Of a stretch of 64,000 bases of DNA, positions 52,606 to 62,603 are shown piece by piece. This DNA is from Alphaproteobacteria bacterium (lineage in GTDB: Bacteria > Pseudomonadota > Alphaproteobacteria > UBA828). Under the pieces are notes generated by a model. The model was given only the letters and a program-made list of their open reading frames with translations. It ran no database searches and was not told the DNA's origin. The stretch spans positions 544,001 through 608,000 of the forward strand of contig CBDEFM010000001.1 in NCBI GenBank assembly GCA_965237415.1. The letters run 5' to 3'. Position numbers and translations under genes: made by a program. Within the stretch, counting starts at the first letter, position 1. Each line of letters begins with the position of its first letter.

Positions 52606-52912
52606 CGGCGGCCCAATAATGCCCCACGCGGAGCGGCCGGGCGGTCCGGTCGCGGCGGCGCAACATTCGCCACCTATGGTCCCTTGTCGGCTGCGACGAG
52701 GGGCGGGGGATGTACGGCGTGGAGATCTATTCGGCGGTTCGGCTTGCGGTTGTCGATGAGGGACTGAGCCATCACGAGGCGGGCCGGCGGTTTGGCATCG
52801 ACCGTCGCACGGTGAAGAAGATGCTGCGTTATTCGTCGCCACCGGGGTATCGGCGGACGAAGCCGGTGCGGCGGCCCAAGCCGGACGGGTTCACCGGCAT
52901 CATCGACGCGAC
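52600..52912 (+). mobile_element. IS21-family left end and IstA N-terminus
   Basis: MYGVEIYSAVRLAVVDEGLSHHEAGRRFGIDRRTVKKML...PPGYRRTKPVRRPK. Confidence 0.75.
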
Positions 52913-53416
52913 CCCGGCGCCTCGGGCGGCGTGGGGGGGCGCGTTGGTCCAGCTCGCGAAACGCCGCGGCGCGCGGGCGATCGCCATGGCGTCCGAGGCC
53001 AAGCACGCCGAGGTGGCGAGGCTCGGCGCAGACCTGATCCTGCCGCGTGCGCCCGAGGACCTGCGCGAGGCGTTGGAGGGCGAGACGGTCACGGTCGTCG
53101 CCGATGTCGTCGGCGGGCCCGGCTGGCCGGCGCTGATCGACATCCTCGCGCGCGGCGGGCGCTACACCTGCTCCGGCGCCATCGCCGGGCCCACGGTCGC
53201 GCTCGACCTGCGCGGCCTCTATTTGCGCGACCTCACCTTCACCGGCTCCACCGTAGTGCCGGGCCACGTCTTCCGGGATGTCGTGGGCTACATCGAGCGG
53301 GGGGAGGTCAGGCCGGTGCTGGCGGCGACCTGGCCGCTCTCCGAGCTCCGCGCCGCCCAACAGGCGTTCATCGACAAGCGCCACGTCGGGAACATCGTGG
53401 TCGTGCCGTGAACCTG
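52913..53416 (+). repeat. Near-identical duplicate of the 3' half of the MDR dehydrogenase gene (about 40285-40787)
   Basis: About 500-bp direct repeat; GGALVQLAKRRG...RHVGNIVVVP* in both copies. Confidence 0.92.
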
Positions 53417-53818
53417 TCGCGCGCTCGCCCTGGGCACCGGCGGGACGAGATGCCCTCCGGCAATACCTGACCGCGTCCGGTCGGGCGCGAAAGACGATCC
53501 GCGCGGCTTCTCCGTTTCACCGATAGTCCCGACGGCGGCAAGATCACGCGCCGCGGACGATCCTTCGCGGGGACCTGCGCGACGCACGTTGGCCGCCGAC
53601 ATCGGGTGGATCGCGGGCTGAATCCGGGGAGCTGCATCGCGGTGACCAGGATGGTCCCGACCTCGCCTCCCGGAGCATACGGAAGGGTTCCTCCGGCGCC
53701 GGGCGTGACGACCTCCACGATGCCCCTTCCGGCCGACGCGCCCCGGGCAATGGCCGCACACGCGCATCCCCTCGACACCTGCGCCGCTCGCGCCGAGTCC
53801 GGGAAGCCCGCCGCCCGG

Positions 53819-54751
53819 TCAGCAGAGCGGCGCGGCCGCGGCCCTGTACCCTTGCGCGGCCTCCCGGAGGACCCATTCGCGGAACGCCTGCACCTCGGAC
53901 CGGCGCCGGGCGGCGGCGGTGGTGATGAGGCAGCAGCGCGCGGGCACCCCGGCCTCGCGGTCGAAGAGCGGGACCAGCCGGCCGTCGTCGAGCTCGCGGG
54001 CGATGACGCCGGGGCGTCCGATGGTGGCGCCCAGCCCCTCGACCGCGGCGTGGATCACCATGCTGTAGAGGCGGAACCCCGAGGCGCGCGAGAGATCGGG
54101 CGCCGGCACGCCCTGGCGGGCGAACCAGCAGGGCCAGTCGGCTTCCCATCCGAGATCGTAGAGCAGCGGCCAGCGGTGCAGGTCGGCGGGCGCCCGGGGC
54201 CGCCCGCGCGCCTGGATCAGCGCGGGGCTGCACACCGGCAGCAGCGCCTCCTCGACCAGCGTGTCCTCGCCCGGACGGAGCTCGGGACGCCGCGCCGCGG
54301 TCGGGCCGGCATAGGCGAGCCAGACGTCGAAGTCGCGCCGGTCGGGGTCGACGCCGCGGTGGTTGGTCTCGATCTCGACCGCGATGTCGGGATGGGAGGC
54401 CTCGAAGCCGGGCAGCCGCGGCATGAGCCACTTCTCGGCCAGCGATTCGACCGAGACCATCCTGACGCTCCGGGCGACCTCGCGGCCGCGATGGAGCTCG
54501 GTGGCGCTCTCCAGGTCGGCGAGGATGCGGCGCACGTCGCTCAGATAGGCCCGGCCGCGGCGGTTGAGGCGCACCCCGCGGCGCCGGAGGCGGTCGAACA
54601 GGGGATGGCCGAGATGGTCCTCGAGCATCTTCACGCGGTAGCCGACGGCGGCGGCGGTGACCTCGAGCTCCTCGGCGGCGCGGGCAAAGCTTTCGCGCCG
54701 CGCCGCGGTCTCGAAGAAGCGCAGGCAGTCCAGGGGCGGCAACGGGGGCAT
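53819..54751 (-). CDS. LysR-family regulator, paralogue of 43597-44574
   Basis: LPPLDCLRFFETAARRESF; ETNHRGVDPDRRDFD; DLSRASGFRLYSM. Confidence 0.9.
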   Translation of the reverse strand: MPPLPPLDCLRFFETAARRESFARAAEELEVTAAAVGYRVKMLEDHLGHPLFDRLRRRGVRLNRRGRAYLSDVRRILADLESATELHRGREVARSVRMVSVESLAEKWLMPRLPGFEASHPDIAVEIETNHRGVDPDRRDFDVWLAYAGPTAARRPELRPGEDTLVEEALLPVCSPALIQARGRPRAPADLHRWPLLYDLGWEADWPCWFARQGVPAPDLSRASGFRLYSMVIHAAVEGLGATIGRPGVIARELDDGRLVPLFDREAGVPARCCLITTAAARRRSEVQAFREWVLREAAQGYRAAAAPLC

Positions 54752-54863
54752 CGGGATGCTCCGGGAACGAAGATTAGCATAATCTTCTTATGTCATTACA
54801 CAAAGCAAGCATGACATACAAGTCGGGGCGGAGCGAGTCAGTAGCGGCTTCGCCGCCGGCGGC

Positions 54864-54934
54864 TGCCGATTCTCACCAATGTAGCCGGTCGTTCTCACTC
54901 AACGTAGCCACCTATTCTCAGCAAAGTAGCCACC
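54864..54934 (+). mobile_element. Probable IS21-type terminal region with three direct repeats
   Basis: TGCCGA start, then three copies of TTCTCA-N5/6-GTAGCC (54870, 54892, 54915). Confidence 0.5.
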
Positions 54935-55227
54935 CCCTCTCAGCCTGGCAGCCACCCCGGAGCGAAGCGACGCGATTACGTTGATGTCAGCAGTTCTCCC
55001 TCCGCGATTTCTTCGAGATCGATACCACCGCCGAAGGCGCTGCGGCAAGGCGGTGGAGCATGGTGCGCGCGCGACGCGTGACCCCTCACGAGTCGGAGCG
55101 GCGCGCGCGCACCATGCTTTCGCTCGATCTCTCCGCTTGCTCCGACACCCCGGAGCGGAGCGACGATTCTACCGCGCGAAGCGCGGCTCCCTGTCGTCGC
55201 GTTCATGCCTTGGTTCCGGCGCCGGCG

Positions 55228-55773
55228 TCATCGGTGCGCATGGATGTGCCGTGCAGCTCGAACCGGGTGGCGCCATGAACGAGACGGTCGAGGATGGCGG
55301 CGGACCGTGCCAGGGCGTGGCGGCGGGGGTTGCGGGCGCGCACGAGGGTCGCGTCCGATGCTGCGCCCGTTCGCATCGCTCAAGGTCCAAACGCCGTCCA
55401 GCAAACCATTCCGGTAGACACCATGGACCCGCGAGCCGTCCGGGTAGCGATAGCTCCATGCGCCCTCCTTGCGTCCGTTCGCATAGCTTCCTTCTCCGGT
55501 CCGGTCATCGGGATAACGGAGGGTCCAGGAGCCGTGCCGGCCGCCATGCCGGAAACCCCCGGCGGCTTCGGCGCCGTCGCAATGCACGATCCGCCATTCG
55601 CCATGCGGGAGCCCGTCGCCGTCGAGCGGCCCGCTGGCATCGGGGGTGCATGCGCCGGCGGGCGCGGCGGCAATTGCAACGGCTAGCAGGATGCAGCCGA
55701 GCATGCCACGAACAGGCCTCCCGGCATCGGCTCTCGAATTGTTCACAAGGAAGTCGCCAGTACGTCGTCGCAC
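55228..55773 (-). CDS. Exported MORN-variant repeat protein, probably 3'-disrupted
   Basis: Signal-like MLGCILLAVAIAAAPAGA; repeats GxRHGSWTLRYPD / GRKEGAWSYRYPDG / GLLDGVW. Confidence 0.55.
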   Translation of the reverse strand: MRRRTGDFLVNNSRADAGRPVRGMLGCILLAVAIAAAPAGACTPDASGPLDGDGLPHGEWRIVHCDGAEAAGGFRHGGRHGSWTLRYPDDRTGEGSYANGRKEGAWSYRYPDGSRVHGVYRNGLLDGVWTLSDANGRSIGRDPRARPQPPPPRPGTVRRHPRPSRSWRHPVRAARHIHAHR

Positions 55774-55785
55774 CCGAGTGCCGGG

Positions 55786-58700
55786 TCAAATGGCGTCCAC
55801 GACCTCTTCCACCGCCAGGGTGTAGCTGCCGGTCCTGTCCCTGTACGCACCCGCCGCCACGTAGTAGGCGCCGTCCGTGACCGGGGTAAAGGTCATCTGG
55901 CTGTTGTAGCGCGTGCCGCCGTCGTCGTCCGTAGTACCGTCAATCAGGGCGCCGGTCGCATCGTGAATGCCGCGCAGATACGGGTCCCGCAAGGTGCCCT
56001 TGTCGGTCCATAATCCCTCCAGATCGAACCGGTACTTCTTGCCGGCCAGCAGTTCGACCGCAAACCAGTCGTTGTCGCCGGCGTAGCCAATAGCGCTGCT
56101 CACCGAAGAGCCGACCGAGACCGTGCCGATTGTGCCGGTATCCGCGGCAACATCCAGTTTCGGGGTCACATCGGTTACCGACAGGGTGTACGTGCCCAGA
56201 TGGTCTGGATGAGAGAACCACGACCCCGCCTCCACATAGTAGGTGCCGCCGGCTTCCGGTCTGAAGGTCAATGTGCCGAGCGAATTCGCAGCGCGGTCGG
56301 CATGTGACGTTCCTGGAACCCCGTTGCCGTCGGCGTCGCGTATCCAATGGAGAAACGGTTGCGTCAGTGTGCCCTTGTCGGTCGACCTTCCTTCCAGGTC
56401 GATCCGGTAGGTCTTGCCCGCCACCAGCTCCACCGCGAACCAGTCGCGATCGCCCGGCCGCTCAATCTCGCCGGTGGCCGAATCTCCAACCGCAACAGTC
56501 CCCTCCGTTTGGGTGTTGGCCACGTAGTCGTCGCGGGCCTCGCTGACGGATAGCGTGTAGGTGCCGCCGAAGACCTCCCCGTCCCCCCCGGCTGCTACGT
56601 AGTAGGTGCCGTCTGTTTCCGGCCTGAAGTACACTTGGCTGTTCGCACCCGTACGGATGCCGTTGTCGTTTACCGTTCCCGGAAGCAGGTTGCCTTCACC
56701 GTCGTGGATCCCGTGAATGTACGGATTCATCAAAGTGCCGTCGTCCGAGATGCGCCCTTTCAGGTCTATCTGGTAAGTCTTGCCCGCCTCCAGGGTCACC
56801 GCAAACCAGTCGCGGTCCTCCCTCCGTTCGACCTCGCCGGTGACCGAGCCCCCGACCGCGACCGAACCGCTCGTCCGGGTGCTGGCCACATAGTCGTCCC
56901 CTGCGCCGAGAAGTGACGTCACCGACAGCGTGTAGGTGCCGGTGCGCGACCCATCCGCCCCGGCCGCTACGTAATAGGTGCCGTCCGCGGTCGGCGTGAA
57001 CAGCACCCGGCTGTTGCTGCCGCCGTAGCCGCTGTCGTCGTTCGTCGTGCCGGGGATCGGGTTGCCGTCAGCATCGTGGATCCCGTGGAGGTATGGGTCC
57101 CTCAGCGTGCCCTTGCCCGTGTACATTCCCTCCAGGTCGATGCGGTACGTGTGGCCCACCTCCAACTCGACCGCAAACCAGTCGCGGTCACCGTCCACCT
57201 TGACCTCACCGGTGACCGAACCCCCCGCCGCAACCGTCCCCCTGGTCCCGGTATCGGCCGCGTAGTCGTCCGGCACCTCGGCGACCAGCACCGTGTAGGT
57301 GCCCATATGTCCTCCGGCGCTCCCGGCCGCCACGTAGTAGGTGCCGTCCTCGATCGGCGTGAAGTACACCCGGCTGTCAAAACCACCGGAGCCGGTGTCG
57401 TTGTTCGTCGTGCCGGGAATCAGGTTGCCGTCAGCGTCGTGGATGCCTCGCAGATACGGATCTCGCAAGGTACCGTTACCCGACAGCGCACCCTTGAGCT
57501 CGAATTTGTAAGTCTTGTCAGCCTCCAGGGTCACTGCGAACCAGTCGCCGTCGGCTGGAATGTCGATGTCGCCGGTGGCCGAACCCCCCACCGCAACCGT
57601 CCCCGTCGTCCCGGTATCGGCTGCGTAGTCGTCCGCTATCTCGGAGACCGCCAGCTCGTAAGTGCCGTAGATGCCGTAATTGGAACCCGGGCGGGGCGTA
57701 TCGTAGCCGGCCGCGATGTAGTACGTACCGTCCGCGGGTGCCTCGACGTACACTAGGCTGTTCAGGCCGTAGCCGCCGTCGTCGTTCGACGTGCCGGGGA
57801 TCGGGTTGCCATCGGCGTCGTGGATCCCGTGAAGATACGGATCGAACAGGGTGCCGTCTTGTGTCCACGTCCCCTTGAGGCCGACGGCGTACAACTTGCC
57901 CGCCACCAGCTCCACCGCGAACCAGTCCCGGTCGCCCGGCGTTTCGATCACGCCCCGGACCGAGCCCCCGACCGCAACGGTCCCCGCTGTGCTGGTGTCG
58001 GCGGCAATATCCGGCGGCAGTTGGATGGCCGACAGCGTGTAAGTGCCGGCACCCGGGCCACTCCCCCCGGCCGCCACGTAGTAGGTGCCGTCCGCGGGCG
58101 CCTCGAACTGCACCAGGCTGTTCCGGACGACGCCGCCGTCGCCGTCCGTCGTGCCGGGGATCAGGTCGCCGTTCGCGTCGTAGATCCCGTAGAGACGCGG
58201 ATCCGCCAGCGTGCCCTTGCCGGTGTCCTCTCCCTCCAGGTCGAAGCGGTACGTGTAACCTGCCTGCAACTCCACCGCGAACCAGTCGCGGTCCCCGTCC
58301 AACTCGACCTCGCCGGTTACCGAACTCCCCACCGCGAGCGTACCCGCGGTCCCGCTATCGGACGAAAAATCGTCCGGCACCTCACTGACCAGCACCGTGT
58401 AAGTGCCCTCATTTCCTCGGACCCCACGGGCCGCCACGTAGTAGGTGCCCGCCACGGTCGGCTCGAAGTACACGAGGCTGTCGGTTATGTGGCCGCCGTT
58501 GTCGTCCGTCGTGCCGGGGACCAGGTTGCCGTCCGCGTCGTGGATGCCTAGCAGATATGGATTCCACAAGGTGCCGTTACCCGAATTTACTCCCTTGAGC
58601 TCCACCTTGTAGACCTTGCCCGCCTCCAGGGTCACCGCAAACCAGTCGCGATCCCCCCTCCGTTCAATCTCGGCAGTGGTCGGAACCCCGACCTCGGCGA

Positions 58701-60366
58701 TACCGCTGGTTCGGATACTGCCCACATAGTCGTCCCCGGCGCCCAGAAGCGACGTGGCCGACAGCGTGTAGGCGCCCCGGTCCGTCGAGTCTGCCCCTCC
58801 AACCGCCACGTAATAGGTGCCGTCCGCGGGCGCCTGGAAGTGCACCACGCCGTCCACGGGCGCCTGCAACCGGAACACCAGATTGTCCCGGCCGCTGTCC
58901 GCGGTGTCGTCGCTCGTGCCGGGGATCAGGTTGCCGTCCGCGTCGTGGATCCCGTAGAGAAAAGGGTAGTCCAGCGTCTCCCCTTCCGTGGACGCTCCCT
59001 GCAGGTGGAAGCGGTACGTTTCACCCTTCTCCAACTCCACCGCGAACCAGTCGCGTTCGCCTGGAAATTCGATTTCGCCAGTGGCCGAACTCCCCACCGC
59101 AACCGTCCCCGTCGTCCCGGTATCGGCCGCGTAGTCGTCCGCCACCTCGGAGACCGACAATTCGTAGGTGCCATCGGTGCCATAACTGTGATCGGAGCCG
59201 TATACGGAGACGTCGTCGTAACCGGCCGCGATGTAATAGATGCCGTCCGCGGGCGCCTTGAAATGCACCAGGCTGTTCAGGACGGCGCCACCGTCGCCGT
59301 CCTCCGTGCCGGGGATCAGGTCGCCGTTCGCATCGTGGATCCCGTAAAGATGCGGATCGTACAGGGTCGCGGTATGTGTCCACACCCCCTTGAGGTCGAT
59401 CGCATACCTCTTGCCCGCCACCAGCTCCACCGCGAACCAGTCGCGGTCGCCGACGTCCCCGATGCGACCGGTCACGGTCTCTCCGACCAGCACGCGCCCG
59501 CTGGTGGCCAGGTCGGCCGGCAGGTCCTCGCCGGCGGGTTCCGAGACGCTCTGCGGCGCAACCTGCTCCGCTGCCTCTCGCTCCGCCTCCAGCCGCGCCA
59601 CCTCCTCTGCATCCGGCGCGCTCACCCCGTAGCGGAACACGTAGTCGTTGCGGCCCGCCTCCTGCGCGTCCACCCGCACGTAGTACGTCCCCGCCAGCAG
59701 CGTCACATCGAGCGCCTCGCTGGTCGTCCCCGACAGCGTGCTCGAATGCAGCACATTGCCCTCGGCATCCTCCAGGAAGAAATCCGCGTTCGCGTCCTGC
59801 TGGCGCAGCCCCAGCCCCACCGCCTTCGCCTCGGTCAGGGTGAACGTGAACCAGTCCCGCTCTCCCGCCTCGCCTTCCAGCGTCCCGCGCGGAAAGCGCG
59901 GACCGTTCAGGGCCGTGATGTCGCCGAGATCTTCCGCCGCCGCGCGCGCCGTGTCCGCGGTGCCGCTCGCCGGTGACGGCTCAGGCGTCAGATCCGCCAC
60001 CGACAGCGTGTAGGTGCCCGTCTCGTCGCGGTCGCCCGACACCTCCACGTAGTACGTCCCCGTCACCGTCGCCGTGAACGTCACCCGGCTGTCGCGCGAG
60101 GCGCCGAAATCGTCGTTGTAGGTCCGGTTCTCCCCGTCGCCGGTGCTCTTGTTCCCCTCGGCGTCGAGAATGCGCCGCAAAAACGTGTCGGACAGGGTGC
60201 CGTGCCCGCTCGGCGCGCCCTGCAGGTCGAAGCGGTAGGTGTGGCCGGCCACCAGTTCCACCGCGATCCAGTCGCGCTCGCGCGCCGTCTCGATGGTGCC
60301 GGTGACCGAGCCGCCGACCGCGACGGTGCCCGTGGTGCTCGTGCTGGCCGAATAGTCGTCAGGCAT
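55786..60366 (-). CDS. Large protein of 12 tandem PPC-like beta-sandwich repeats
   Basis: Twelve DW(F/I) motifs in about 125-aa units: DDYxADTxTxGTVAVG...DRDWFAVEL...GTLxDPYLxGIHDADG...DGTYYVAAG...GTYTLSV. Confidence 0.85.
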   Translation of the reverse strand: MPDDYSASTSTTGTVAVGGSVTGTIETARERDWIAVELVAGHTYRFDLQGAPSGHGTLSDTFLRRILDAEGNKSTGDGENRTYNDDFGASRDSRVTFTATVTGTYYVEVSGDRDETGTYTLSVADLTPEPSPASGTADTARAAAEDLGDITALNGPRFPRGTLEGEAGERDWFTFTLTEAKAVGLGLRQQDANADFFLEDAEGNVLHSSTLSGTTSEALDVTLLAGTYYVRVDAQEAGRNDYVFRYGVSAPDAEEVARLEAEREAAEQVAPQSVSEPAGEDLPADLATSGRVLVGETVTGRIGDVGDRDWFAVELVAGKRYAIDLKGVWTHTATLYDPHLYGIHDANGDLIPGTEDGDGGAVLNSLVHFKAPADGIYYIAAGYDDVSVYGSDHSYGTDGTYELSVSEVADDYAADTGTTGTVAVGSSATGEIEFPGERDWFAVELEKGETYRFHLQGASTEGETLDYPFLYGIHDADGNLIPGTSDDTADSGRDNLVFRLQAPVDGVVHFQAPADGTYYVAVGGADSTDRGAYTLSATSLLGAGDDYVGSIRTSGIAEVGVPTTAEIERRGDRDWFAVTLEAGKVYKVELKGVNSGNGTLWNPYLLGIHDADGNLVPGTTDDNGGHITDSLVYFEPTVAGTYYVAARGVRGNEGTYTVLVSEVPDDFSSDSGTAGTLAVGSSVTGEVELDGDRDWFAVELQAGYTYRFDLEGEDTGKGTLADPRLYGIYDANGDLIPGTTDGDGGVVRNSLVQFEAPADGTYYVAAGGSGPGAGTYTLSAIQLPPDIAADTSTAGTVAVGGSVRGVIETPGDRDWFAVELVAGKLYAVGLKGTWTQDGTLFDPYLHGIHDADGNPIPGTSNDDGGYGLNSLVYVEAPADGTYYIAAGYDTPRPGSNYGIYGTYELAVSEIADDYAADTGTTGTVAVGGSATGDIDIPADGDWFAVTLEADKTYKFELKGALSGNGTLRDPYLRGIHDADGNLIPGTTNNDTGSGGFDSRVYFTPIEDGTYYVAAGSAGGHMGTYTVLVAEVPDDYAADTGTRGTVAAGGSVTGEVKVDGDRDWFAVELEVGHTYRIDLEGMYTGKGTLRDPYLHGIHDADGNPIPGTTNDDSGYGGSNSRVLFTPTADGTYYVAAGADGSRTGTYTLSVTSLLGAGDDYVASTRTSGSVAVGGSVTGEVERREDRDWFAVTLEAGKTYQIDLKGRISDDGTLMNPYIHGIHDGEGNLLPGTVNDNGIRTGANSQVYFRPETDGTYYVAAGGDGEVFGGTYTLSVSEARDDYVANTQTEGTVAVGDSATGEIERPGDRDWFAVELVAGKTYRIDLEGRSTDKGTLTQPFLHWIRDADGNGVPGTSHADRAANSLGTLTFRPEAGGTYYVEAGSWFSHPDHLGTYTLSVTDVTPKLDVAADTGTIGTVSVGSSVSSAIGYAGDNDWFAVELLAGKKYRFDLEGLWTDKGTLRDPYLRGIHDATGALIDGTTDDDGGTRYNSQMTFTPVTDGAYYVAAGAYRDRTGSYTLAVEEVVDAI

Positions 60367-60654
60367 GGGTACAACTCCGGAGGTTCATGAACACGAATGA
60401 GGCGCCGCCCCGCACGGCGGCCGCCCAGGGCAGGGCGGCGCACCGGCGGACGGCGTGAGGCGCCGTTCGCCGGACAAGGGGCCGACTGGAAAGGAAAGGC
60501 CGCTGCCCAGCCTGGCCCGAGGAAGGGCGCCCGCCGAAGAACGGTAGTCGGGAAGGCCGCGGCCGAATGCGGAATACAGAACAGGTCGGCGCGCTGCACG
60601 CCGGCAAGGTCCGAGGCAAGCTTTTCGCCTCGCCTGGGCTCAATGGTCGCAGCC

Positions 60655-60817
60655 GTGGTTGTCGCTCACACCGGCTCCCGCACACCGCCACACCACGGGC
60701 GCAGGCGCCACGGCTGGCTTCGATTACATTCGCGCCGCCGGACCCGGAATTTCCGCCGTGGCGGCACCGTCTTTAGCGGTCGGAACAAATCAGACCAGCG
60801 CAGATATATATTGTCAA
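60655..60817 (-). promoter_or_regulatory. Shared upstream element, copy 2
   Basis: Minus strand TTGACA-17-TCTGAT; GGTCTGA-N5-TCCGACC at 60778-60796; homologous to 45656-45830. Confidence 0.7.
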
Positions 60818-60833
60818 CTTATTACTCTAAATG

Positions 60834-62391
60834 TGTCGGTAACACAGGATATGTCCGGTCTATGTACCAGATGATCTGTCCGGTTTTAGAAGGCATCCAG
60901 ACCATGGAGGTTTTGGATGCGTCGGACGGAGCAGGCACAGGGACTGAGATTGATGAAGTTCGAGGAGGTGTATGGGCGGACCAGGTCACGGCTGTTGAGC
61001 CAGGCCGAGGCGGCGGAGGTGCTGGGCGTGTCGGAACGGACCTTCCGGCGCTGGCGCGATCGCTACGAGGCGGAGGGCGCGGAGGGTCTCTACGACCGCC
61101 GCCTGGGCCGGGTCTCGGCCCGGCGCGCCCCGGTGGACGAAGTGGTACGGGTGCTTGAGCTGGGGCGCTTCGAGACGGAGTTCCTTGCCACCGACGAAAA
61201 CCTCACCGCCCTTGCCGGTTCGTCGGGGCAATGGATCGACCGCGTGCATGCGCGACACCCGCCGAGGATGATCGTCCTCGACATGGATTCCAGTGTGAGC
61301 CCAACCCACGGCGATCAGGAGGGCACGGCCTACAACGGGCACTTCGGGTGTTCCTGCTATCATCCGCTGTTCGTGTTCAACCAGTTCGGCGATCTGGAGC
61401 GGTGCGCCTTGCGTCCCGGCAACGTCCATAGCGCTCATGGTTGGCACGACGTTCTGGAACCCGTGGTTGCGCGCTATCGGGATTGGAAGGTGCAGCGGTA
61501 CTTCCGTGGCGATGCGGCCTTCGCCGCGCCGGACCTCTATGAATTCCTGGAAGCCGAGGCTTACAAGTACGCCATCCGTCTCAAGGGCAACGCGGTTCTT
61601 CAAGCCAGCATCGCTCACCTGCTCACGCGTCCCGTCGGTCGCCCGCCCAACCATGTGCGCCGTTTCCATGCCAGCTTCAGCTATCAGGCCGGATCGTGGA
61701 ACCGGAAGCGCCGGGTGGTCGCCAAGGTTGAATGGCATCCAGGGGAGCTGGTTCCCCGGGTCGGCTTTATCGTCTCCAATCTGGCCCGGCCCGCCGAACG
61801 CGTGGTGGCCTTTTACAACCAGCGGGGCACGGCGGAGCAGCACATCAAGGAAGGCAAGAACGCCATCCGGTGGACGCGCCTCTCGTGCCGGAAGTTCCGC
61901 AACAACGAGATCCGGCTTCAGCTTCACGCCCTGGCTTACAACCTCGGCAACTTCATGCGGACGCTGGCCTTGCCGAAGGCGGTGGAGCACTGGTCTCTGA
62001 CCACGCTCAGGGAGAAGCTGATCAAGATTGGCGCCAAGGTCGTGAGCCACGGCCGGTATGTCACTTTCCAACTGGCGGAGGTTGCGGTGCCGAGGGAGCT
62101 GTTCCGACAAATCCTCCGCCTCATCGATGGGCTGCGGCCGGCCCCTTTGCCGCCATGACGGCATTCCATCCCGTAGCATCCAGGTCGCGCGACAAGACAG
62201 GTGTGTGCTGCGCACGTCGAAGTGCGCCCTCACAGTGCGAAATGGTCACGGGGCCGGCTTTCTCATCGCCAAGTCAGCCCGATCGAGAGCGGACCACAGC
62301 CTATCGTGACAACTCAGAGCCGGTATCGCGGTCGGATGCCCATTGTGTTACCGTTGTCGGCGATCAGGAGCAGCCATCTGGGGAATCCCGG
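60834..62391 (+). mobile_element. Chimeric IS: ISNCY/IS481-like left end and HTH fused in frame to an IS1380 DDE domain and right end (ORF 60917-62158)
   Basis: QAEAAEVLGVSERTFRRWRDRYEAEG, then GRFETE...VLDMDSS...YHPLFVF...RGDAAF...RGTAEQHIKEGK; ends CCATCTGGGGAATCCCGG. Confidence 0.75.
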
Positions 62392-62603
62392 ACAACATGT
62401 TGATCAAACCGGAGCCATGTGCATAAGCGGTTCGTCGATTTCGTCATAGGGTCTTGAGCAGGTTATCGGCGGCATGGGTGGTCGGGCGAACACGTCAGGG
62501 CTGCGTGCCGACTGAGTTGAGACCGAACTTGGCCGGAGCGGGCGACCGAAACGCAATCTCGGGCTGGCCCGAGAATCTGGAAGTGCCTGCGGGAGGGAGT
62601 TCA

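Noticed and set aside
52710-53411. IstA-dehydrogenase fusion as a functional new protein
   Set aside because: Lacks the DDE domain and the dehydrogenase catalytic half; it is a deletion junction.
55786-60366. CRISPR array or DGR suggested by the DNA repeats
   Set aside because: Repeats are about 375-bp in-frame coding units; no spacers, cas genes or reverse transcriptase.
60800-60833. dif/xrs site next to the ISNCY-like end
   Set aside because: Only a partial XerD-like arm (TTACTCTAAAT) and no XerC arm.
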